Part shown: positions 25,470 to 38,640 of the stretch, in pieces
Numbering within the stretch: position 1 is the first letter of the stretch
Layout of the letters: each line of letters begins with the position of its first letter
From: Squalus acanthias
Taxonomy: Eukaryota
NCBI GenBank assembly: GCA_030390025.1
Contig: CM059430.1
Location: 161,820,001-161,884,000, forward strand
Direction of reading: 5' to 3'
DNA: 64,000 nt
The notes under the pieces: model-generated
Seen by the model: only the letters and a program-made list of their open reading frames with translations
The model's database searches: none
Told to the model about the DNA's origin: nothing
Translations under genes and position numbers: made by a program

Positions 25470-25725
25470 TTGACCCAGTGCTGAGCTACCGACCTCACAT
25501 CCTCTCCGTCACAAAAGCCACTTACTTCCACCTCTAACGTTGTCCGTCTCTGCCTCCGCCCATCTGCTGCCGAAACCATCATCTGTGCCTTTGTCAGCTT
25601 CAAACTCAAATATTCCCAATGCTCTCGTGGCCAGCCTCCCGTCCTCCATAAACTTCAGTTTGTCCAAAACTCTACCTGTATTCTATCCCGCATCAAGTCC
25701 AATTCACCCATCATCACTGCACTCC
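25470..25725 (+). mobile_element. Degenerate L2 fragment
   Basis: Homologous to 30080-30350 (tttgaccc...gagct.ccgacc.cacatcctctcc.tcac). Confidence 0.7.
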
Positions 25726-28700
25726 ATGAATGGTAGTGGTGCAGAGTTGGTGTATTTGAAGTTGCTTTTCTGCTAAGCAAGGTCACTGCTATTAGCTTGT
25801 TTCCAGTGCCGCACTGTACCTGTACCACAGGCTGCAATCCAAAGGTAAATTAACTGGGATTTGCAAAGACAATTTCCTTTTTTATATAACGAAAGAAACC
25901 TGGCCTTGGAAAATGCAGAGTATGTTAGCCTTCAGATCACAACTGGCTGTGTGCGATCTGTGTGTTGGGAACCAGCAGTATTAGCATTGGTCTTGTAGCT
26001 TTAGCTGCAAAGTAGTGGTAATGGGTGCTGTTGAACCTCCACTGTCCACCAAAATGGAGGGGATTCCCAGTGAGATGGTCTTCATCTGTGATACAGCAAT
26101 ATCTGGATATTGCTGTATCTGCCTCTATTTGAAGGTTAAGGAGCGTTTTCTAGAAGTGTGCAATTTTGTATCCTGGTTTCATTGCCCCACCCCACTTCCC
26201 AATTGCACATCTTTGTGTTGAAGTAAATCATTCATTTACATATAAAATGTAATGGCAGTACAGAACAAAAAGTTTCAATCTTGCTTGTGGATGCTGAAGG
26301 TGAAGAAGAGAATATGTGGTGCTGAAGAAAATCTGCATTTTGTTTAATCTTTCATCTGTTCTGGAAAAGTGCAAATCTTAGCTGCAGGTCATCATGTTTT
26401 CTCCCCTGTTACTAATAGAAGAAATGACTGAGTCCCTTCACAATTATCCTGTTCCAAAATAACTTGAATTATGAGCATGCACATGTATTTATGTCCTTGC
26501 TCTCTTCCTCTCCTGCTCTGCCCATGTTTTTGTAATTTATTTTAAAAATAATTCTTCTTTGATGGAAATGGCCTGTACTGTGTGCGTACATCCTGAACAT
26601 TACTTCTTGCTCCTTCCTATTGAATTAACTGACCGTACTTTCACTGTACAACTTGATGACACTGCACAACTAAAAAACTATGGGATCAGCACAAGTTTAT
26701 TGCATGTTGAGATGAGGTCAATACAGTATTTGCTAATGAGATTAGAAGTACGTTGGTCCTTGGCACTTCAGACACAATGGGGAATATTTGTTTTACTGAA
26801 GGGAGTGGGTGCAGTGCAAACCAGAGAAGTGCAGTAATTCTGAAACGCTTGTGTTCTGTCCACACTATTTAAATTGGGGGAAACCAGCCAGTCTGGAACT
26901 TGTATATAATAAATCTTGTGCTTGTTGGAGTGTACTCCATAAGGAACTACATTTTCAAACACAACGCACAATGAATTAATTTGAAGTGCAGTGACTTGTG
27001 TAGGTAAAATAATTTTATGTAAAAATTAAAATACTTAATTTAAAAGCTGCTTTGATGTTGCTAGGAATAGTATGATCTTTGGTGTGTGGCTTTTTTCATG
27101 CCCAGTTGAATTCTGAAACACCCAGCAAAATGTACTAAATGTTGTTCCAAATCTGGGCTGTGCCTAGAAGGAGCATTTTTGCACTAACAGTAGGGCAAAG
27201 TATTGATGGCTACAAATCTGCCACTGGTGGTGGGAACAATTTGATAGAATGAATTAGGATTATTGCATAAATGTTACACAACATTCAAAAATTAGTTATT
27301 TTATTGAGCACCCAAAGGTAAGAGGCAAGGCCAGCAGTGTAGGGCCAAGGTTGAAAAGAGTAAGAGAATGCAAGGTAAATCAAACTAGTGATTTTAAATG
27401 ATATCAGCTTGTAGATTGAAGGATGGCGGAGAGCTCTGCTGATATGGGTTAAGTTTTTTTTTCCCCCCCTTGTGTGAAATAAGTGACCACATTGCTGCCT
27501 GCTTGAGTGTTTTTTTCAATCTAACCATAATAACCTTTCAACTAACGAGGGTTGTATTATTGTGTACAGCATGTGATTTTTTTTGTTCTATTTATTCCTT
27601 TCCTGAAGGTATCTACTGCTAGGAGGCAGATTTTTGGGTACTGTTCCCAAGTGGCCAAACAAGTGTGATTCTCAATGGTGGGCATCAGCAAGCTCTCTAA
27701 CTGCAAGAGCATTACATTTGAGGCCAATCCACATATCTCTGGTTTCCAGCAGAGGCAACACATGAAAAAAATAAAAGATAAACCAAATTAGCAATTTGAA
27801 TGCTTACTGGATCAAGTGGGTATTCTAGTTGACGTCCCTCCCCCCTCTATTCCAGGGGCACTGAAACCACTTGTAGTACACTGAGGCATATGACTAATTA
27901 TTTAAAAAAAAACCACACATTAGTGTATTAAATGTAAACAACAGTTTGGTTAGGTTTTTAAAATTTGCATATTACTAAATCAGTCTGGACTGATTATGCA
28001 CTATAGTGAAGCATTCAAATATCAGCACATAAATTTAAACATTAGGAAGTTTGAGCAAGAGTATTCCTCGTACTTACTAATGGTCAATAGTTAATGACGG
28101 AGACCATAAATGCAATTTCTGGAGACAGACAGAAGGATTGAAGAAGATGGTGAGCAGGTTGGGTGTTTTTTGTATGAAAATGAATGGAGTAGTTGGGTCT
28201 AAAGGGCTTTGTTCCTTCATATTTAGAGCTCTTATCTAGGCTTGCCACCTGTCTGGTATTGGGCTGACAGTTCAGTTTTTCAATGCATTCTGGAAATTGC
28301 TAAAACATAAACTAGGTGCCAAAAGTAGTCTTTCAGAACAAATAATTCCTGTCACCCTCTTTTTTCCCCCCCCCCCCCCCCGGCCCCCATACCTTTTAAG
28401 ACCTGTGATTTTTATGGTTTACATAAACTTCTCAATTGCAAGACATCAGAACTCAAACTATGAACCCACCTCCTTCGGCCATCTGTTCTTGTCTGATTTT
28501 TGGACTTGGCAAAAGTTGGCAACCCTTATAAACTAATGTAAAAATCTTTCCATGTCTTACTGCAGTACAATTTTAAAACCCCTTTGAGTGCAAACCTGAT
28601 GCTTTCTCACAATAACCGGGTCAACCAGTGATGGGATCGAGGTCGTCTTGTTCTTGGAATATTAGACTGTCCTGTAACCAACAGCAACAGGTTGGCAATC

Positions 28701-29689
28701 AAAATAATTCAGCTTCCCATTCCTTTCCATAGTAATTGAAGTTTAACTCAAATTGAATTTTTGTTTTGAGGGTCTACAACGACAGCTTGGTATAGGGGTA
28801 TATATGGCCAGCATCATTTTAATTTGGTTGACTGGTACACTCTTTAAATGAAGCTGAATTTGATGTGTGGTGTTTATGGCTGCAGACTGTCATAATTTCT
28901 ACATTAAAAGATGTAGTAGTATCCCATGATGCTTTACAAGGTGGGGGTGGGGGGCGTTTAAGAATGAAGGAGTGGATACAACATCCAAATTGTGGGCCCA
29001 GGAAGCAGTGTTGCCACAGAGTTAGTGAAATTGGGTATGTGAAATTATACACTCAGCATTATAATTTTAGCTACAATCTTTCCAAAATTTTTGTGCCTGG
29101 ACAACATCTTGAGCTATACTACACTTGGATAAAATAATGGTTGTTACATGGCTGTTGCTGATGATCATGGCAGCAGTAAGAATTAAGTGGCACACATTTA
29201 ATGTGTTATTGTGATTCTTTATTCCCTGCCCCCCCCCCCCCCCCCCCCAACCTAATACCAATATGCTAATTATCTCATACCCAAGTGTGACCAGTGTTTC
29301 TTAATCTTGCTAAATTGATGATTGCGGCTTTACAACCTGTGGCGGTTTTGGCACACCAAGCCTATAAATTACTTTCATAAATTGATTGATTCAATTCAGC
29401 AGTGCTGCTGAAATGGCAGGCATTCTCTAGCACATACTATTTCTTGCTGGATTTTAATAGTAGGAAATGAAGTTCAGAAATAGAATTTGAGTGCACAAAG
29501 ACCATTATACAGGCTGTATTCAGAAATGGGAGGGAATTTTGAGAATCATTTCATTTATTGTTTTTGGAAGCTCACTCAAGGCTGGTGTTCTTCGGCATAG
29601 ACAAGACATTTCAAAATGTGAAGTGTTTAAATTAACTTAATCGCCTTTTTCAAAAGGCATTGGGAACTGGTACGTACAGAGCTCTGTTC

Positions 29690-30625
29690 CATTCCTATCT
29701 ATCCAGTCATAGCCAGAGAATCACCTGCAATGGTTTCTCTTCCTGCTCCCTCACCATTGCCTGTGGGATCTTTGGGCCCTTATTTCTCATCTACATGCTG
29801 CCACTCTGCGTCATCATCTGAAAACACAACGTCAGGTTCCACATGTACGCTGACAAAACCCAGCTCTACCTCATCACCTCTCTTGACCCCCTCCACTGCC
29901 TCTGATTTGTCAGACTGCTTGTTAGACATCCAGTATTGGATGAGCAGAAATTTCCTCCAATTAAACATTGGGAAGACCGAAGCCATTGTCTTCGGTCCCC
30001 GCCATAAACTCTGTTCCCTAGCCACTGATTCCATCACTTTCCTTGGCCACTGAGGTTGGACCAGACTGTTTGCAACCTTGGAGTCCTATTTGACCCTTCG
30101 CTGAGCTTCCGACCCCATGTCCTCTCCATCACCAAGAATGCCTACTTCCATCTCTCTAACATCACCTGTCTTCGTCCCTGCCTCCACTCATCTGCTGCTG
30201 GAACCCTCATCCGTGCCTTTGTTACTTATATACTTGACCAGTCCAATGCTCTCCTGGCTGGCCTCCCACTTTGTACACTCTATAACCTTGAGCTCCTCCA
30301 AAACTCTGCTGCCCGTATCCCAACTCACCCCAAGTCTCGTTCACCCATCGCTCCTCCCTGCCCTACTGCATTGTCTCCTGTCTGGCAATGCCTTGGTTTT
30401 TTTTACCCCATCCTTTGTTTTCAAATCTCTCCATGGCCTTGCCCGTCCCTATCTCTCTAACCTCCTACAGCCCTCTGAGATCTCTGGGTTCCTCTAATTC
30501 TGGCCTCTTGTGCATCCCAGATACTAATTGCTCCACCATTGCTGGTTGTGCCTTCAGCTGCCACGGCCCTAAGCTCTAGAATTCTCTCTCCCCCCCCCCC
30601 CCCCCCCCCCCCTCCTCCTTTAAGA
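29690..30625 (+). mobile_element. L2-clade LINE fragment (RT C-terminal half)
   Basis: Encodes FHMYAD, IQYWMSRNFLQLNIGKTE, NLGVLFDP and LQNSAAR. Confidence 0.88.
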
Positions 30626-32658
30626 CAAAATCAGAATGGCTGCCTGCTGGTGGTTGGCCAATAGAGTAATCCCCATTCTGAGTTTAGAGAATAGTTAGGT
30701 CTATGACAATCATTGGTACCAAAGTGGAAATGGATTAGTTGTTACTATGGTTAGCCTATGATATTGTGAACTGTGCAGTAGCGAACTGTAGTTTGAAGCA
30801 CCTGGACCTGTGATGTGGCAGTGTTTCATAGATGTAGTTTATAAGTGTCCAGACTAATTAATACTGTACATTGTAGGTTATCTAATTGCTTTGACTCAAA
30901 TTATACAAATGTAAGTTTTAAATTGTCATGTTTCATGCTTTATTTCTTCCCCCGGGCTGTGGGGAGGGAGAGAAACGAGTGTTAACTCTTGCCCCTACCA
31001 TTGCTCGGGCTAACTTGGCACATCACCAAGTTGCACTTTGGACCTTTATCTGTAGGGTATGGGATTTGGTAGCTGTTACAAAGCTGTATGATCTCTTCTC
31101 CTATCTTGATCTTGCATTGGATAATATCAATGGAACAGAATACATGTATTGAGAGCCAGCCTATAGATCAGTGGAATACTTCATCGAAAGCAGGGGAAAA
31201 AGATTCTATTTAACTACTGAAACCATGTATCCTCGGTTTCTAAATCATCACAAATGTTCTCACAAGAGGTTCAATTGTTCGAACTGCATATGTTGTAGTG
31301 GATTTGCCATCTGGCGGAGGCAGCTGTTCTGCCATCCAGTAGCGCACATTTTGCAACTTCCCTTCCTTAAAGTGGCTTTGTGTTGAACTTCTATTTAGAA
31401 ATATATTTTTTTTTCCCACATGCTTGCCCTTTTAGGATATATAACTTGACCATTTTTATTCTGCTGTTATTTTGTGATTGTCACCGTTCATCTGCTTCTT
31501 GAATTTGCTAGTTTCTGTACAGCCTGACATGTACTTTCTTATTTCTGTATGAGAGCCAAAAGTTTTGGTCTACTGTAAGTAACAGCAAAAGTGAAGAGAA
31601 TTTTGTTGGGATTTATAGAGGATTTCTTTGTGCCAACAGATCAGCCCTGTAGTATTACTAACTGAAAGTAGCAGAGTGACAGTCTGCAGAGCAGTAATCA
31701 GTTGAACTTTTTTTAATAATGAAGTATTTTGTTGGTGGCTATTTTTAGCGTAGAAGAATGACTACTTCTGGTAGGCTGTTACCTAGCAAGTTTGAGAAGA
31801 CCATAGAACGTCTGTAGGAGCTGATATTTGCAAGCTCCACTAGCTGGGCCTCCAATGCTGTAATCATGCTCCAGTAGTTTATTATTTACAACCTTTCATT
31901 ATGTTGAACTTGATGATTAAGTGGCTTAATGCTCAACACCAATGGGGAATGTCCTGTACACTTTGAATATCAAAGTGTTTCAAACAAAATTATCACGTTT
32001 CTTTCATATAAACTTAAAATAAAACTCCCATGGGTATTCAAGCATTTCTGAAAGCCTGTTTTTTAAAAAGATAGTGGTTGACCTATGAATTGACTTACCA
32101 TTACACCGGGTTAAAATATAACTTTAAAAAAAAAGCTAGAAGTTGCAATCCTGCATGAAGCTTCTATAGTTGGGATTTAAGAAGATCTTGTGTATAATTG
32201 GTACTGTGCAATAATTCTAAATGTATGCTCCAGGCAACAATTCATTCTACTATCTTCCTACCCAGTTATTTCCTTTTTAAACAAAAGTACAATGTGATAA
32301 AACAAACGAGGGAGGAGGGAAGAAGCAATAACTTAGCAATACATGCAGCACTATCTTGCACAGGATTCACTTGCAATCCAAATTACATAATAGTGGGTCG
32401 CTGCTGTTTTCAACCACTTAAGAATGGGGCTTTTTGTGACCTGTTCAGTGGCCAAAGCGCACAATGGTGAAAGATGGCAATGGACTAGGCTTTGGGTCCT
32501 GGATTTGATTCCTTGTCTGGGAAGAGTTTGCAGATCTTGTCCTTCAGGAGAAATGGGGAAAGGAGAGAATTAGCAGAAAAAAGTTAACATTTATTTTTCT
32601 TCCATCAACTTCTGTCGGGATTTGGCCTCCAAGCAGATGCCAATCTTAGTGGGAAACT

Positions 32659-35600
32659 TAGAAACATAGAAGATAGGGGCAGGAGCAGGCCATTCGGCCC
32701 CTCGAGCCTGCTCCGCCATTCGATGAGATCATGGCTGATCATCCAAACTCAGTACCCTGTCCCTGCCTTCTCCCCATATCCCTTGATCCCTTTAGCTTTA
32801 AGAAATATATCTAACTCCTTCTTGAATATATTTAATGAATTGGCCTCTACTACCTTCTGTGGCAGAGAATTCCACAGGTTCACCACTCTCTGGGTGAAGA
32901 AATTCCTCCTCATCTCTGTCCTAAATGGCTTACCCCTTATCCTTAGACTGTGACCCCTGGTTCTGAACTCCCTGACCATCAGGAACATCCTTCCTGCATC
33001 TAGTCTGTCTAGTCCTGTTAGAATTTTATAAGTTTCAATGAGATCCCCTCTCATTCTTCTAAACTCCAGCAAGTATAAGCCCAATCGACCCAATCTCTCC
33101 TCGTACGTCATGCCTGCCATCCCAGGTATCAGCCTGGTGAATCTTTGCTGCACTCCCTCCATGGCAAGAACATCCTTCCTCAGATAAGGCAACCAAAACT
33201 GCACAAATACTTGTGGTCTCACCAAGGCCCTGTACAACTGCAGCAAGACATCCTTGTTCCTGTACTCAAACCCTTTCGCTACGAAGGCCAACATGCCATT
33301 TGCCACCTTAACCGCCTGCTGCACATGCATGCTTACCTTCAGTGACTGGTGCACAAGGACACCCAGGTCTTGTTGCACTTCCCCTTTTCCCAATCTATTG
33401 CTGTTCAGATAATCTGCCTTCCTGTTTTTGACACCAAAGTGGATAACCTCACATTTATCCACATTATATTGCCTCTGCCATGCATCTGCCCAATCACCCA
33501 ACCTGTCAATCATACTGGAGTTTCTCCGCATCCTCCTCACGGCACACACTCCCACGCAGCTTTGTGTCGTCTGCAAACTTGGAGATATTACATCCAATTC
33601 CCTCGTCTAGATCATTAATATATATTGTGAATAGCTGGGGTCCTAGGACCGACCCCTGTGGTACCCCACTAGTCACTGCCTGCCACTTGAAAAAAGACCC
33701 ATTTATTCCAACTCTTTGCTTTCTGTCTGCCAACCAGTTCTCTATCCAAGTCAATGCCTTGCCCCCAATCCCATGTGCCTTAACTTTACACGCTAATCTC
33801 TTATGCGGGACCTTATCGAAAGCCTTCTGAAAGTCCAAATACACCACCTCCACTGGTTCTCCCTTATCTATTTTACCAGTTACATCCTCAAAAAATTCCA
33901 GTAGATTAGTCAAGCACGATTTACCTTTTGTAAATCCATGTTGACTTTGTCCGATCCTGTCACTGTTTTCCAAGTGCTCAGCTGTTACATCTTTTATAAT
34001 GGACTCTAGCATTTTCCCCACTACCGATGTCAGGCTTACCGGTCTATAATTCCCCGTTTTCTCTCTACCACCCTTTTTAAATAGTGGGGTAACATTAGCT
34101 ACCCTCCAATCCATGGGTACTGTTCCAGAGTCTCTAGAATTTTGGAAGATGACCAGCAATGCATCTACTATTTCTAGGGCCACTTCCTTAAGTACCCTAG
34201 GATGTAGATTATCAGGCCCTGGGGATTTATCGGCCTTCAATCCCATCAATTTCCCTAACACCATTTCCTTACAAATACTGATTTCTTTCAGTTCCTCCCT
34301 CTCATTAGACCCTATGTTCCCTGACATCTCTGGGAGGTTATTTGTGTCTTCCTTTGTGAAGACAGAACCAAAGTATGTATTTAATTGGTCTGCCATTTCT
34401 TTGTTCCCCATTATAAATTCCCCTGATTCTGACTGCAAGGGACCTATGCTTGACTTCACCAATCTTTTTCTCTTCACATCTATAGAAGCTTTTACAGTCA
34501 GTTTTTATGTTCCCTGCAAGCTTACACTCCTACTCTATTTCCCCCCTCTTAATTAATCCCTTTGTCCTTCATTGCTGAATCCTATACTGCTCCCAATCCT
34601 CAGTTTTCTGCTTTTTCTGGCCAATTTATATGTCCTCTCCTTGGATCTTATGCTATCCCTAATTTCCCTTGTTAGCCACGGTTGAGTCACCTTTTTTTGT
34701 TTTATTTTTATGCCAAACTGGGATGAACAAATTCTGTAGTTCATTCATGCGATCTTTGAATGTTTGCCATTGCCTATCCACCGTCAACCCTTTGAGTGAC
34801 ATTCCCCAATCCATCCTACCCAACTCGTGCCTCATACCATCATAGTTTCCTTTATTTAAATTCAGGACCCCAGTCTCTGAGTCAACTACTTCACTCTCCA
34901 TCTTAATGAAGAATTCGATCATATTCTGATCGCTCTGACCCAAGGGGCCTCGCACAACAAGATTGCTAATTAATCCTTTCTCATTACGTAATACCCAGTC
35001 TAAGATGGCCTGATCTCTAGTTGGTTCCTCGACATTGGTCCAGGAAACCATCCCGTATACACTCCAAGAATTCCTCTCCACAGTATTGTTACTAATTTGG
35101 TTAGCCCAATCTATATGTAGATTAAAGTCGCCCATGATAACTGCTGTGCTCTTATTGCATGCTTCTCTAATTTCACTTTTAATGCCATCCCCAACCTCTA
35201 TTACTGTTTGGGGGTCTATACACCACTTCCACTAACGTTTTCTGCCCCTTGGTATTTCTCAGTTCTACCCATACAGATTCCGCATCCTCCGAGCTAATAT
35301 CCTTCCTTACATAATAACAGAAAACGCTGGAAAAACTCAGCAGACGAGGCAGCATCCGTGGAGAGAGAGAAACAGAATTAACGTTTCAGGTCGAGACCTT
35401 TCGTCCTTCCTTTCAATTGTGTTAATCCCCTCTTTAACCAGCAATGCTACCCCGCCTCCTTTTCCTTTTTTTGCCTATCTTTCCTGAATATTGAATACCC
35501 CTGTATGTTGAGTTCCCAGCCTTGGTCACCCTGGAGCCATGTTTCTGTAATCCCAATCGTATCATATTTGTTTACCTCTCTTTGCGCAGCTAATTCATCC

Positions 35601-37125
35601 ACCTTATTACGAATGCTCCTCGCATTAAGACACAAAGCCTTCAGGCTTGTTTTTTTAAAGCTTTTAGAATTATTATTTACTGTGGCCACGTTTGATTTAA
35701 ACCCTTGATTTCTCTGACTGACACCTTTTTGTTTTTCTCCTTCCTGACTTTTGCTTCTATTCTTGTTTCCCTTTCATGTGTCTCCCTGCTCAGGTTCCCA
35801 ACCCCCTGCCATTTTAGTTTAAACCCTCCCCCAGAGCACTAGCAAACACTCCCCCCAAGGACATTGGTCCCGGTCCTGCCCAGGTGCAAACTGTCCGATT
35901 TGTACTAGTCCCACCTCCCCCAGAACCAGTTCCAATGTCCCAGGAATTTGAATCCCTCCCCCTTGCACCATTCCTGTAGCCACGTATTCATCTGAAATAT
36001 CCTTCTATTTCTACTGACTATCACGTGGCACTGGTAGCAATCCTGAGATTACTACCTTTTGAGGTCCTATTTTTTAATTTACCTCCTAACTTCCTATATT
36101 CAGCTTTTCGGACCTCATCCTGTTTTTTACCTATATCGTTGGTACCTATATGCACCACGACAACTGGCTTTTCACCCTCCCCTTCCAAAATGTTCTGCAG
36201 CTGCTCTGAGACATCCTTGACCCTTGCACCAGGGAGGCAACATACCATCCTGGAGTCTCGTTTGCGGCCACAGAAATGCCTATCTATTCCCCTTACAATA
36301 GAATCCCCTATCACTATAGCTCTACCCCTCTTTCCTCCCGTCCTGTGCAGCAGAACCACCCATGGTGCCAGGAAGTTGGCTGCTGCTGCCTTCCCCTGAT
36401 AAGCCATCCCCCCCAACAGTATCCAAAGCGGTATATCTGTTTGAGGGGGATGTCCACAGGGGACTCCTGCACTACCTGCCTGTGCTTACTATGCCTGGTG
36501 GTCACCCATTCCCTTTCTGCCTGTGCAACCTTTACCTGCAGTGTGACCAACTGGTTAAACGTGCTATCCACGAGGTCCTCAGCATCGCGAATGCTCCAGT
36601 ATGTATCCATTTGCAGCTCCAGTGCCACAATGCGGTCTGCCAGTAGCTGCAGCTGGATACACTTCCTGCACACATGGTTGTCAGGGACACAGGAAGTGTC
36701 CCTGATTTCCCACATAGTGCAGGAGGAGCATACCATGGTGCCGAGCTGTGTTGCCATGACTTACCCTTTAATTAATTGAACTTAAATCAAATCAATCCCA
36801 CCAATTATACTATAAATGATATAGGGCCCTTGTTTACCAACTTTCCCTGCTACACCACAGACCCTAGAAACTATAAACCACAAAATTTAAGTTTGGAAAA
36901 AGGAGAAAGAGAAATACTCTAACTAATCACTTCCCTGCTTTCTGGTGACGTCACACTTTGATTTTTTTTTTACTTCTCTCTCGCTCTCGGGGCTCAGATT
37001 GGTTGCCTACCTGGTCATCACTGCTGTCGCTCCTCCCAGGTCCGCCACCTCTGTGGGCCTACCTGATCGCTGCTGCCTTTTATGGCCGCCGCCTCGCCGC
37101 TGTCGCTCCACCCAGGTCCGCTTTG
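32659..37125 (-). mobile_element. Near-full-length CR1 LINE in intron 1 (same family as 657-4856), frameshifted
   Basis: Same tail and highly similar ORF1/ORF2 as the 657-4856 copy; ORF pieces span 32749-36757. The 5' boundary is approximate. Confidence 0.95.
35309..35403 (-). mobile_element. Penelope-like terminal fragment inserted into the CR1 endonuclease region, 9-bp TSD
   Basis: The reverse complement matches 42441-42527. TCCTTCCTT is duplicated at 35300-35308 and 35404-35412. The segment is absent from the sister CR1 copy at ~3320. Confidence 0.85.
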
Positions 37126-37217
37126 TCTTTTTAAGCTTTAACTGTAGCCATTCTGTGGCATTACAATAAACTAAGCATAAGGTTCTCTTTTTTTAGTTTT
37201 CTACATTAAAGGAACTA

Positions 37218-37637
37218 CAGGAAACTTTCGTTTATCCGGCATCGACGGGACCGGCATGGTGCCGGTTTATCGAAAGTACCGGATAACAGAGTTATATCTA
37301 CCGAAGCTATTTTTAACAAGACTCCAAGCAGCACGGGAGAATCTACTCATGCTACTGCAATGTTTCGGACTTGCGACAGCGCCAGGAGGCCGAGTCGTGG
37401 CACTTTTGAAAAGTACCCCTACTGACTAAATCGGCGTTCGCGGACTCGGACTCAGACTCGGGATCGGCAACATTGCCGGTTATTTGAGAGGATTTTTCGG
37501 AGCACTCGGCGTTCGCGGAGACTCGACTGCGACTCGGCAACATTGCCGGTTATTTGAGAGGAGTTTTCGGAGGATGATTTTTGCCGGTTAAGCGAGAATT
37601 CCGGATATTTGGGTGCCGGATAAACGAAAGTTTCCTG
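37218..37637. mobile_element. Tc1/mariner-superfamily (pogo/Tigger-like) MITE, 420 bp, TA TSD
   Basis: Perfect 24-bp TIRs CAGGAAACTTTCGTTTATCCGGCA and TGCCGGATAAACGAAAGTTTCCTG, with TA at 37216-37217 and 37638-37639. Confidence 0.9.
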
Positions 37638-38234
37638 TATATGAAAGCAGGTTAAAATCCATCTTCTAGTACAGAAGTGGCTCCTCCTATGGCCCTCTGG
37701 GCAGGTGCAGCTTCACTTGCTTCTGTACCTTCATGATCTGCTTAGTTGTGAGATGTTGCTTTGAGTGAGGAATTCATGCTGTTGCTGGAGAATAAATGAA
37801 GGAAGGGGATACTTTTGGGAGGAAAGGTTGACCCAGTTTCTATACAGCAAGTTTAAAGGACCCTCTTAATACAACTATTAGTTCTATGGTTTTCCCCACC
37901 CCCCCCACCTTTTTGGTTACGGGGAAATGTGTGACCACCTAGTAACTGACAGTAGGATGATTTGAAATCTGATGCTCATTATGTGGGAAATCTTGGGCTC
38001 TGACTCAGTATTTTGTGATGCAGCATTTGAGCGTGACCCTTGAGTTATTGGTTAGGCTTGTGTCCTTCAACAGTGAATAACACTGAACTATAGTCAGGAT
38101 TGCTGTTAATCATTATTCTGTGATCCCTGGAAAGTGAGGATGGATAAGGCCCTGCTGTAATACTCTGCATAGCTGATTATTTTGTGAACACTCAGTCTAA
38201 GCTTCATTTCTGAAAGTGAGATGCTTTGAAAGAA

Positions 38235-38640
38235 TTGCATTTATAGTGCCGTTCATGATGTCCCAAAGCGCTCTACAGCCAATGAAGTACTTTTGAAGTG
38301 TAGTCACTGTTGTAATGTAGGACATGTGGCAGCCAATTTGCACACAGCAAGCTCCCACAAACCGCAATGTGATAATGACCAGAATTTTTTTTAGTGATGT
38401 TGATTGAGGGATAAATATTGACTAGGACACTGGGGATAACTCCCCTGCACTACTTTGAAATAGTGCCATGGGATCTCATGTCCACCTGAGGGCAGACGGG
38501 GCCTCGGTTTAATGTCTCATCCAAAAGGCAGTACTGCATTGGAGTGCCAGCCTAGATTTTTGTGCTAGAGTCTCTGGAGTGTGACTTGAACCCACAACCT
38601 TCTGACCTGAGGTGAGTGTGCTACCAACTAAGCTCCAGCA
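38235..38640 (-). mobile_element. DeuSINE (SacSINE1-like), near full length
   Basis: L2-like tail ttgcatttatagtgcc, Deu-like core (aaatagtgccatgggatc...ggcctcggtttaatgtctcatcc) and tRNA-like head gacttgaacccacaaccttctgac. Further copies lie at ~38770-39175 and ~39880-40040. Confidence 0.8.

Noticed and set aside
37431-37575. Repeat-spacer-like pattern suggestive of a CRISPR array
   Set aside because: It is only two tandem 75-bp units inside a eukaryotic MITE, with no unique spacers or cas genes.
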